The notes under the pieces: generated by a model
What the model was told of the DNA's origin: nothing
Databases searched by the model: none
Seen by the model: the letters and a program-made list of their open reading frames with translations, nothing else
In this document: positions 38,001 through 49,614 of the stretch, one piece after another
Layout of the letters: every line of letters begins with the position of its first letter
Numbering within the stretch: the first letter of the stretch is position 1
Made by a program: the position numbers and the translations under genes
DNA from: Anaeramoeba ignava BMAN
Taxonomy: Eukaryota; Protista; Anaeramoebae
NCBI GenBank assembly: GCA_028826165.1
Contig: JAPDFW010000081.1
Coordinates: 992,001-1,056,000, forward strand
Length of the DNA: 64,000 bases
Direction: 5' to 3'

Positions 38001-38892
38001 TATGCTAACCAATGAAATGCTGTGTTTCCCTTAATAAATATCAAGAAAAAATTTTTTTGTGATTTTTTTTTTGAAAATCCAAAAATATTATTTGCTTTCT
38101 TTTTTGAATAAATTTACTTTCTAGAATTAATTCCAAGAAAAAATATTAACCGAAAATCAAAAATTGAGTTTATTTGCTTTCATTTAACCAAGTTATTACT
38201 TTCTATTTCATTTTTATATTTCAAATTAATTTTCGAAAAGAAAGAATAAAATAAAAAAACTATACATCAACAGAATCCAAATTTGGCGAAACTGACATAA
38301 TAATTTCAATAATGGAAAATGGATGATTCAAACAAGCAAGATGTAAAGGTGTTATTCCCTAAATAAAATTATTATTTAAATTTAATCAAATCATGAGTAA
38401 ATTTTCACAAATTTGTTTTGAAATATAAACATCTTCCTAAAAATTTAAACACAAAATAAATATAAAATATCAACAAATAAGAAATGGAAGTGAGATGAGT
38501 AAAACTTTAAGAAAGAAATACTTGGCAATAATTAACATCTGCTCCAAGATGAATGATTTTTCGACAAATCTCTTCAAATTGTAATAATTCGATAATAAGA
38601 TCATTTTGACTGAAATTAAGAAGTCTTAAAAGAAGAGTTTGGCCCTATAAATTATATTGTTTGGAATCTTGGGAATTGATATTTGTTATTATTACTATGG
38701 TTAAACTTACATCCTATTGATATTTATAAAAAAAATATTTTTTTCTATTCATTTGAAAGAAAAATTTATTGTTATCTTTTTATTTACATCATTTATATCA
38801 TTAATATGCTCTTTATTATCTGGATTTTCTAGCCATAAAGAAAGAGATTGAAAATCTTGAATTTCTAATAAACCAAAAGGGTTTTTTTCCAT
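35087..38892 (-). CDS. Ankyrin repeats + FN3-like + helical region + C-terminal PARP/ART-like domain; 12 exons, 6 of them micro-exons
   Basis: Exons: 38892-38788, [38713-38711], 38644-38522, [38436-38431], 38358-38266, [38202-38200], [38120-38118], 38029-37913, [37841-37839], [37755-37753], 37617-37426, 37342-35087. Ankyrin motifs: GQTLL, GITPLHLAC, GNTAFH. FN3-like: NLTPASKYYI. PARP-like: VWRIED...YFYG...FGRGFYL...FDS...YEIVY. Confidence 0.8.
37753..38713 (-). other. Array of six phase-0 micro-exons (GAT; GAAGAT; AAA,AAA; GAG,AAT)
   Basis: Each reads AG|NNN|GT, placed just before the Gly of the GxT motif of each ankyrin repeat. Confidence 0.85.
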
Positions 38893-39026
38893 TTTCAAAA
38901 AACAATAAAAAAATAAAAAAAATGAAAAAACAAATTCGGAAAAAAAAAAATAATTAAAATAATTAAAAAAAAAGTGGATTTTCATTGTTTTTAAAAAAAA
39001 AAAAAAAAAACTAATTCCAAACAAAA

Positions 39027-42000
39027 TTATATATGAATTTTGCGATCTTTTCGATGCCTTTGAATCTCCAAAAGAATTCTGTGAGAAAGAACCAATTGAG
39101 CTAAGTGTTTGAGTCTTTTTTTATCAAGAAAAAGATCTTTTCCTCTTTCCAAACCGATATCTTCTTCGTGATATTTATCAAGATAAAAACTTGGAATTTG
39201 AACCAATCCAAAACCGTCTTCATAAGCAAGAACAGCGGAAGCGAGCCTGCCGTTGATTGCCAAGAAAAGAGAAAGAGAATTGATGTTTTTTTGGTGTTGT
39301 TCAACTGACTCGATCATTTTTGTTCTTTGTTTTTTCTTTTGCTTTTTAAGACTCACTATGTTTCCTGTCAGTAAACATACTCCAGCTTGTTCGGGAATTC
39401 TCTCAATCAATTTGCAATTCATATTGTGCAAGTGACACGAGAAGAAGAGCTCTTGGAATTTATCTGGAAGAGAACAGAGTTGGAAGTCTATTGGAAGAAG
39501 AGAAAATTTGGTGAAATTGTTTTGCTGTGGATTATTAAGTTGAATTTTTGATTTATTTTCAATTTGATTTTGTGAAAATTCATCCTTTTGCTCAAATTTT
39601 GATTTCAAATTGGTTCTAATTTCTTGTGAAAACTGAATAAAAGATTTCGGAGGATTTGCAACAAAATTTTGAACAGAAAAATCATTGATTCCAAGTGTTT
39701 TCCAAATATCCGAAATATGAATCAATTGAATATTTCTGATTTTTTCAGGTGTAGTTGTTTCTTCAATGCAATATATGTAGAACAGATAAACAGAGCGAAT
39801 AAAAGGCGTGATCAGTGATTCAATCACAGCGGATAATTCTTCAACTGTTGTCACTTCTTCGCAATTGATTTCCAGTTTTTTTTCGTGAATTCTTGTTGCC
39901 TTCAATATTTCATTCGTTTCATCAAGATCTTTTTGGATCGGGATTGCATTGATAACTTGGAATAATAACGGGTAAATGAAGACTTGAACCAACGAGAAAA
40001 ATAAACTCTTTGAGGATGGGAAGTCTTCAGGAAGCAAAAAATAGAGGGAAATGAAGATGTACAACAAATTAACTTTTAATACATCGTGCTTTTGGAAATT
40101 GAACACTCTTTTCCAATAACTTTTTTTCAAATGCTCTCGGACAAGAAGTGCGTATTCAGGATATCTCCCATAAATGAAGCAGATTCGAAAAAGCGCCTGC
40201 AGTTGAAAAAAATTGATCTCACTTTCTAGCTTCGCTCTCTTTGGGAAAGAACGAGTGAATACTTCCAATAGTTTGATTTGATCGTTCATTAATTTGAATA
40301 ATGTTTCGAGATTTGTGATTGAAATGAGTTCCGAATGTGTTGTTTTTTTCTCCGGATTCCAACCTTCAATTTGGTGAATAAATGAGGAAATGGATGAGTT
40401 GAAAATTTCAGGAATATTCCATTTTGATGTTTGTTGTTGATTTGCTAATACAGATAACTTCACAAATGAAGTGTAAAAATTATCTTCTTTTTGTTCTTGA
40501 CTTTTTTGGCTTGATTCGCTTGAATCAATTGGTTCACTTGATTCTAATGATTCATCAAATTCTTTTTCCTCCATTTTCCAAATTTCTTGAGAAATATTTG
40601 ATTCCTGTTTTTTTTGGACTTCATTCAAATTATTCAAATTTTGCATTTCATTGAATTCCATTGAATCTTTCTGTTGTAAAAGTAAATATGGAATGATAGG
40701 AATTAGAACATTTCGAGCCTGCAATTCAAATGGACAAGGAAATTCACCTGATTCAATGCAAATTCCTGATAAATTTATTGGGTTATTTAATCTCTGTAGA
40801 AATATTGAAGAAATATAATTAGAAAAGCAATCAAAATGAATAACATGACCACAACTAACAATTATATCTGCTTTTGGTTGATCACTAATTTCATGGAATA
40901 TGTGTTTCTTTAATACTTGTAATGTTGGGAATTTTAATTTTATTGGATTTTGATTTTGATTTTGATTTTGATTTTTATTTTGATTTTGATTTTCATTTTC
41001 ATTTTTATTTTGATTTTGATTTTGATTTTGATTTTGATTTTCAATTTTATTTTGATTTTGATTTTGAATTTGATTTTGATTTTCAATTTGATTTTGAATT
41101 TGAATTTGATTTTCAATTTGGTTTTGATTTTGATTTTGAATTTGATTTTGATTTTGAATTTTAATTTGATTTTGATTTTGATTTTGATTTTGATTTTCAT
41201 TTTGATTTTCATTTTGATTTTCAATTTGATTTTCAATTTGATTTTCAATTTGATTTTGATTTTGATTTTCATTTTCAATTTGAATTTGATTTTGATTTTG
41301 ATTTTGAGATGATATATCACTTAATTTTAATTTAAAACTTTCTGTTGAAATTTGAAATAAACCAGAAGATACAAAACTTGCAATTAATCCAAAAGGTTTG
41401 TATTGAGATTTTAATTGGAAATCTAAACATAAACAACAAGCTAATGCTTCGCAATGTGAATCAAACGAGAGATGTGAAAAGCTTTTATCGAAAGCTGTAC
41501 ATGTCATTTCATAAGATGAAGTTTTATTTTCATTTTCATTTTCATTTTCATTTTGATTTTCATTTTGATTTTTATTTTGGTTTTCATTTTCATTTTGATT
41601 TTGATTTTTATTTTGATTTTGATTTTGATTTTCAATTTGATTTTCATTTTCATTTTGATTTTGATTTTGATTTTGAATTTGATTTTGATTTTGATTTTTA
41701 TTTATATTTTCAATTTTATTTTGATTTTGGTTTTCATTTTCAATTTGATTTTGATTTTGATTTTTATTTGTATTTTGATTTTCATTTTGATTTTGATTTT
41801 GATTTTCATTTTGATTTTGATTTTGATTTTGATTTTGATTTTGAATTTGATTTTGATTTTGATTTTGATTTTGATTTTGATTTTGAATTTTTTTTCAATT
41901 TTATTTTGAATTTTATTTTGATTTTCATTTTTATTTTGAATTTTATTTTGATTTTGATTTTGATTTTTGATTTTGATTTTGATTTTGATTTTGATTTTCA

Positions 42001-45000
42001 ATTTTATTTTGATTTTGATTTTGATTTTCAATTTTATTTGGATTTTGATCTTCAAATTCATGTTTAAATTTAGAGTAAAAAAATTTCATCTTGTTTTCAA
42101 AATCCTTAACAATCGCCTTTTTCTTCAAAAGAACCATATTCTTCTTAACATTCTCACGAGAAATCCATTTAGATTTGGAAAAATTTGGTTCCATACTATC
42201 AATAATGAATTGACAATTTGAATTCCCATTTCTCAGAAGATCAAGTACATTTTCCAATAAATGCTGGATTTCTTCATTTGGATTTCGACGACTGATTTGG
42301 AACAGAAGAGAAATCATAGACTCTTGTTTTTGTGATTGGTGATCCTGAGGGAAACTGAAATAATGGGAAGAATTTATAAAAAGATTATGAGGAGAAGGAA
42401 ATCTCAAATTTTGCCCGAAAGTATTTGATTTGGGAAAATCGGATCTCTGTGTTGTAGAAGAAATATTCAAGAGCTTGAGTTGTTTATCAAGAATATCATC
42501 CCGTTTGTTCTTGATCTCCATTTCTTCACTGAGTTCGAGTGAAATATTCATGATTTGAAGACAGCAAGATAGACATCTTTCTTCTGAATTATCTAAAATA
42601 TCCTTAGTTGCAGAATGATACAAAACCAAGAAGATAATCTGGTGCATAAGATGATTGAACAGAATATTTGGGAGATTTCCGAACGCTGGATGTGGACTTT
42701 CATATTTCGCATTCGGTAAAATAAATGGAATTGTCAAGTTGTTTTGAGAAGCTTTTGAGCGAAGAAATCGGAAAAAATTTTCCTCGGCTTTAACAGCTTC
42801 CTTTTGGGTATATTGCACATAGTATCTTCCCTCATATTTTGTCCACATCTCTGGATCGATTGAGAATTTTGGACATTGCGATCGGAAATGAGATGTTTCA
42901 CTGAGAATTTTATCGAGCTCTTCGTCAGTGACATCTTGAGTTGAGATCATTTTCTTGATTTCGCTGAATGACAAGTCTTCGACAAAGAGCAAGTGAACAA
43001 CCTGTCTTGTGAGGACCTGCTTTCGTGTGGCGTTGTGGATGTGGCCTCTATCAACAAGAACAACGAGAATAAGCCATAAACAGTTGGCAAGAGAATCGAA
43101 AAAAATGGGGTTTGCATTTTGGTATTGAGGAGGGTTTTTTGCGCGGTCGGGACGCTTAGAAGAAGGGTCAGGAATGAGGTGGTAAAGTCCGTTGAGAACA
43201 CGATAGTTTTTGAGTAAGGAAACAAGGAAATGTTGCGGATGAAGAAGAATAGCAGCAATTTGGAGAAACAAAATATCCGCATTCACAAGATAATCAGCAA
43301 AAAAGGCCGATTTGTGGAGATTTGCCTGGTGATCGATCGATGTTCCATTTGCGGCCCAAAAACCTGCGTTTATCTGAGAAAGAGCGACTTGTAAACGGAC
43401 AATATGCTCAACAAAGAAAATGAACTTGTCATAATCAATATTGTTTGAAGAGATCGTTGTTTGATTAAAAATTTCGAAAAGCGACAAGTCCCATCTCTTG
43501 GCTGCCGCGCAAACCAGCAACGCAAGAAGTCTGTGAAGCGGGAAATGCACTGAGATTGGACTCTTCCAAACATTGTATTCATATACTTGATATTTTTTGA
43601 TTTCGGGCTGACTATGGATTGCCTGATAAATTTGCACAAAAGTCGGCGACATGTCTTCGTACATCTGGTTCTTCTCGATCCCCCAATACATTATTGTATT
43701 CAGTATCTTTTCAATCACGTTGTAGATTTTCATCTGCACTGAGTTGCTAAAATCCATTTTTTTGTTTTGGAATTTTGGATTGATTTCGTTTACTGGTGGT
43801 GCTGTTTGGATGTCGCATTCGCTGGTTGTGAGTCCGCGGATCAGCATTGGAACAAGTGGTACAATGAGATATTCAAGATAGAAACTTGATCTCCATCCAA
43901 GATTCTCACTTGTGTTGTTGAGCGGATAAGTGATCCTTCGGAACATGTTCATTCCTTCCAGAAGCTCCAGCCCGCCAAGCAGCATAGAGAACAGATGCTG
44001 GCTCCCCACCATCAGCTCGTTGGCATAGCCCGGAAGGGATAGTATTGTCTCCAAATCCTGTAGAACAGGCTCGATTTTGTGACGAGTTATCACAGGATGT
44101 TGCACATCAAGAATGGGCTTCATTGTCCTTGCCACTTTGCGAGAATCCTCTCCGCTTTTCTTGGACTTCGTCTTTCCAGCGCTTCTTGTGTTTTTCTTAT
44201 GCATATTTTGATTTGCTGCCTCGTTTTTTTTTGTCGAAAAAATTTCACTCTCATATCCTGAATTATGTACCACAATTCCTGCCTCTCGCAACGCCATTAT
44301 AAACGCTTCCAGAAGGATAATAATGGTTTCCTGCTTCTCAACGTTCCAATGAGGCATAATTGTGATTGCAAACACCTCCTTACTCATCGAGGAAAGATCA
44401 TTAATATCAATACTTATTCGGCAACTCCTCAAAATCATTTCTAAATATCTATCAAAATAAACGCTACAGAACTTCAGGTTGAATTCTGGCAAGTGGAACA
44501 GATTGTACCAGAGATTGAGGAGCTGTTTGTGTATGACATCCTGTTCAAGATTTGTTGCCTGCATGAAAAACTCCAAGGCAGAAAATTTCTGATCAGACGA
44601 AAAAAGAATTCGACTTTTTGCTTGAATAAGCAAGAGCTCTTCAATAAAGATCCGCGAAAGTTCTTCTGAGATGTTCAGCATAGCAATGTTCCAGTCAATG
44701 AGGAAGCTGATCTCAATCTTGTTCTTGTTATTTTTTTTCATGCTATTGAACACAAATTCTCCCCAATTGTTCCCGTTTTCTTTCTTTTCTGTGTTCATAT
44801 GTTCTTCCACTTCAGAGAAGCGTCTTGAAAACAGAATCAAGATATAACGCAGAGATGCTCTAATGAGGAATCGTGCGTTTTTAAACTCGATATTTTTGTT
44901 TTCTGTTGCTTTTTTGGTTTCAACTGCTTTTTTATTATGAAATTTACAAAATCCTGTTTCTTTCCAAAGAAATGAATTTCCACAAACACACAAACCTCCT

Positions 45001-46449
45001 TTTCCATGTGATAGTTTATAATCGTGGTTTGTATGATCTCCGTTCCAAAAACAATTTAAGCATATTCCATAATTTGGATTTTTTTGACAAGTTTTACATT
45101 GATAATAAAATTCATCTTTTTATTATTTTTTTTCCGATTTTAATTTTATAAATGAATTTTGATTTTAATTTTATAAATGAATTTTAATTTTTACTTTTTT
45201 CCCAATGCATTTTACAATATGGAGTTCCTTCTGTAAAAGGAATTGGTTTTTTTGGAGAATTTATTTTAATTTCGTTTATTCTTAACATTTCTAACCATTT
45301 TATAAAGTGGTCAAATCCATGATTTTGATTAGCAAGATACATTAAAAAGTGTTCCATTTGTTCAGGATCCTAAGTGAATATTTATTTTGAATATTTATTT
45401 TGGATATTTATTTTGAATATTTATTTAATATTGGATATTTATTTAATATTTATTTTGAATATTTATTTAATATTTATTTTAAATTTTATTTAATATTTAT
45501 TTAATATTTATTATTTATTTATTATTTATTTAATATTTATTTAATATTTATTTTGAATATTTATTTAATATTTATTTAATATTTATTTAATATTGGATAT
45601 TTATTTAATATTTATTTAATATTTATTTAATATTTAATATTGATTTTAAATATTTATTTAATATTTATTATTTATTTTGAATATTTATTTTAAATATTTA
45701 TTTTAAATTTTATTTAATATTTGAATTTTATTTAATATTTATTTAATATTTATTGAATATTTATTTAATATTTATTTTGAATATTTATTTAATATTTATT
45801 TAATATTTATTTTGAATATTTAATATTTAATATTTATTTTGAGTATTTATTTAATATTTATTTTGGATATTTATTATTTTGAATATATTTATTTAATATT
45901 TATTTTGAATATTTATTTTGAATATTTATTTAATATTTATTTTGAATATTTAATATTTATTTTGAATATTTATTGAATATTTATTTAATATATTTTAATA
46001 TTTATTTTAATATTTATTTAATATTTAATATTGAATATTTATTATTTATTTAATAGTGAATATTTATTTAATATTTATTTTAAATATTTATTTTGAATAT
46101 TTAATATTTAATATTTATTTTAAATTTTATTTAATATTTATTTTTAATATTTATTTAATATTTAATATTGAATATTTATTTAATATTTATTTTGAATATT
46201 TATTTAATATTTATTTAATATTAAATATTTATATATCCAAAATTGATTAATTCCTTGCAAAAAGGAATTTAGAACAAAATTTGGAAAAAAAAAATTGTTT
46301 TTAAATAAAGTATTGATTCAAATAAAAAAAAAGGGAATTATTTCTAAATAAATCAAATTGTTTATCTTTTTCAAATAATAAAATACATTCTCAAAACAAT
46401 CAGTTTTTCTTTGAGGATGATTCAATAATTCATGAAAAAGTGGTTCCAT
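39027..46449 (-). CDS. UBR1/2/3-like N-recognin E3 ubiquitin ligase (UBR box, RING-H2, C-terminal domain)
   Basis: UBR box YQCKTC..ICLNCF..GDHTNHDY..GGLCVCGN..W..GFCKFH; SVHFPLHR; split RING CCLC ... SCGHVIHFDC ... GEFPCP; C-terminal SFYLDKYHEEDIGLERG. The frame is broken in the NQ tract (~41500-41990). The first exon is uncertain. Confidence 0.85.
45371..46230. repeat. Intronic degenerate 11-12-bp repeat (ATATTTATTTA / ATATTTATTTTG)
   Basis: Tandem A/T units inside the first UBR intron. Confidence 0.8.
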
Positions 46450-46666
46450 AATAATTTATTAATTAATTTATTAATTATAATAACAATAATAACTAAACAA
46501 AAAGAAAGGAAAAAATTGAAAAAAAAAAATGAAAAAAAATTGAAAAAAATATTTCAATTTTGATGAGTAAACATGAGTCAAAAAATTTAATTTAATTTAA
46601 TTTAATTTAAGAAAAAATTAAAAAAAAATCAAATCATTTTTTTCTTCTTTTAATTTTGCTTTTTTA

Positions 46667-48941
46667 ATGAATCGCTCACAAATTCTTTTTCTAACTCTCA
46701 TTTTCTTTTTCTCCTTTTCATTTTCACAAGTAGTTCATGTTGTACAAACTGCCAAAAACACAGGAGACAGATTGACCCCAAAAGCAGACATTTCATTTCA
46801 AACAAAAAAAACAAGCAACACAACAATAACGATCTCTGACGCGAAAACTTATCAAAAAATATATGGTTTTGGGGGGGCTTTTACAGAAGCAGCGGCTGTA
46901 AATTGGAACCAATTAAACGAGACACTTCAACAACAGATTTTGAGAGAATATTTCTCGAATCTGAATTATAGAGTGGGTCGCGTTCATATTAATTCTTGTG
47001 ATTTTTGCGAGTCTTCTTACTCTTTTGACAACATACCAGGCGACTATGAACTTACTAATTTCAGTCTTAAAAATGGTCATGATTTACATACAGTTATTCC
47101 AATGATAAAAGCTGCCCTTCAAATCGCTGGCCCTGATTTCCGTTTATTCGGTTCGCCGTGGAGTCCTCCTTTTTGGATGAAAAGTAACGGCCAAATGGAT
47201 GGTTCAAATCGTCCGGGTTTGATTCAAGACCCTTCAGTTTTTAGAGCTTGGGCTTTGTATTTTAGTAAGTGGATTAGTGCTTATAAAGCTGAGGATATTC
47301 CTATTTGGGGGATGTAAGTTTTATTTTAATTTTTTTAAGGGAAATTTAAAATCAAAATATAAATTAAATTTAAAATATAAAATCAAAATATAAATATCAA
47401 TATAAATATAAATATAAATATAAATATAAATATAAATATAAATATAAATATAAATATAAATATAAATATAAATCTAAATATAAATCTAAATATAAATATA
47501 AATATAAATATAATTATAAATATAAATATAAATATAAATATAAATATAAATATAAATATAAATATAAATATAAATATAAATATAAATATAAATATAAATA
47601 TAAATATAAATATAAATATAAATATAAATATAAATATAAATATAAATATAAATATAAATCTAAATATAAATATAAATCTAAATATAAATATAAATATAAA
47701 TATAAATATAAATATAAATATAAATATAAATATAAATCTAAATATAAATATAAATATAAATATAAATATAAATCTAAATATAAATATAAATATAAATATA
47801 AATATAAATATAAATATAAATATAAATATAAATATAAATATAAATATAAATATAAATATAAATATAAATATAATTATAATTATAAATATAAATATAAATA
47901 TAAATATAAATATAAATATAAATATAAATCTAAATATAAATATAAATATAAATATAAATATAAATATAAATATAAATATAAATATAAATATAAATATAAA
48001 TATAAATATCAATATAAATTAAAATTAAAATTAAAATCTAAATCTAAATATAAATATAAATCAAAATCAAAATCAAAATCTAAATATAAATTTAAATCAA
48101 AATCAAAATCTAAATCAAAATTTAAATCAAAATATAAATCAAAATTCAAATCAAAATTCAAATCAAAATCAAAAACAGAACAATCCAAAACGAACCTGAA
48201 TTTGCAGCTCCATGGGAAGCATGTTGTTATACTGCAGATCAAGAAGCAGATTTTCTTGCACAATATCTCGGACCACAAATGAAGCAAGATCATCCAGAGG
48301 TAAAAATCATGATTTACGATCACAACAAAGATGATGTATATGCATATGCAAGTGAAATCTTAGGGAAACGACTTGATGCAGCAAGATATGTTGACGGAGT
48401 AGCATTTCATTGGTATTCAGGACCACAATTTGAGAACGTACTTGAAGTACATGAACATTATCCTGATTATTTTCTTTTGGCAACAGAAGCATGTGTTTGC
48501 CCTGGAGATCAAGGGTTTCTTTGGGAATCAGGCGAGAAATATGGATATGATATTTTGGGTGATTTGAATTCTTGGGCTGTTGGTTGGGTTGATTGGAATA
48601 TGTGCTTAGATATGCAAGGCGGTCCAAATCATCTTCAAGGATATTGTGGTTCTCCTGTTATGATTAATCAAACCTCAAAAAATATCTTTTATAATCCCTC
48701 CTTTTATTATATGGGTCAAATCTCTAAATTTATTCTTCCAGATTCTCTTCGTATTGATTACTCAATTTCTGGAGATCTTGATATTTCTTTGGCTACTTTT
48801 AAAACTCCTTCAAATTCTATTGTTACTGTTGTTATGAATTCTAATGATTCTCCTGTCGATTTTGATATTGAGTTTAATGGAAAGTTCGCTTATTATGAAC
48901 TTCCTGAACATTCTATCGCAACTTTTTATTTTGATAAATGA
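46667..48941 (+). CDS. Secreted/lysosomal GH30 glucosylceramidase-like glycoside hydrolase, 2 exons (46667-47313, 48179-48941)
   Basis: Signal peptide; GFGGAFT, SPWSPPFWMK, spliced WGI|TIQNEP (acid/base), FHWY, ATEAC (nucleophile), WVDWN..GGPN. Confidence 0.93.
47385..48010. repeat. (ATATAA)n microsatellite in the GH30 intron
   Basis: About 100 hexamer copies. Confidence 0.9.
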
Positions 48942-48949
48942 AGATCCAA

Positions 48950-49500
48950 AATTGAAAATCAAAATTCAAATTTGAAAATCAAAATCAAAATCAAAATCAA
49001 AATTAAAATTCAAATCAAAATCAAATTCAAATTTGAAAATTAAAATTAAAATCAAATTCAAATCAAAATTCAAATCAATTTGAAAATCAAAATCAAAATC
49101 AAAATCAAAATCAAAATCAAAATCAAAATTAAAATTAAATTAAAATTCAAATCAAAATCAAAATCAAATTCAAAATTAAAATCAAATTTAAAATCAAAAT
49201 TCAAATTAAAATTAAAATTAAAATTCAAAATCAAATTAAAATTAAAATTAAAATTAAAATCAAAATCAAATTCAAAACTAAAATCAAAATTAAAATCAAA
49301 TTGAAAATTAAAATTAAAATCAAAATCAAATTCAAAACTAAAATCAAATTAAAATTAAAATTAAAATTAAAATCAAAATCAAATTCAAAACTAAAATCAA
49401 AATCAAAATTCAAATTTGAAAATCAAAATCAAATCAAAATTCAAATTCAAATTGAAAATCAAAATTAAAATCAAATTAAATTAAAATTCAAATTCAAAAA
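48950..49500. repeat. Intergenic AAATCA/AAATTA low-complexity repeat
   Basis: Lies between the GH30 stop and the AAA gene. Confidence 0.75.
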
Positions 49501-49614
49501 TTTTTCAAAATTTTTCTTCAAAATGATTGAAATTCAAAATTAAAATTTCAAATTCAAAAATTTTTCAAAAAACAAATTTTTAAAAAAAAAAATTTCATTT
49601 TTCATTTTTTTCAA

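Noticed and set aside
46225-46245. Possible non-canonical AT donor (TGG|ATATAT) for the first UBR intron
   Set aside because: There is no U12 ATATCCT consensus, and an in-phase canonical GTATTT donor exists at 46386. It cannot be resolved without cDNA.
46561-46582. AP-1-like TGAGTAA/TGAGTCA sites in the UBR/GH30 spacer
   Set aside because: Two 7-mers alone cannot support a regulatory call.
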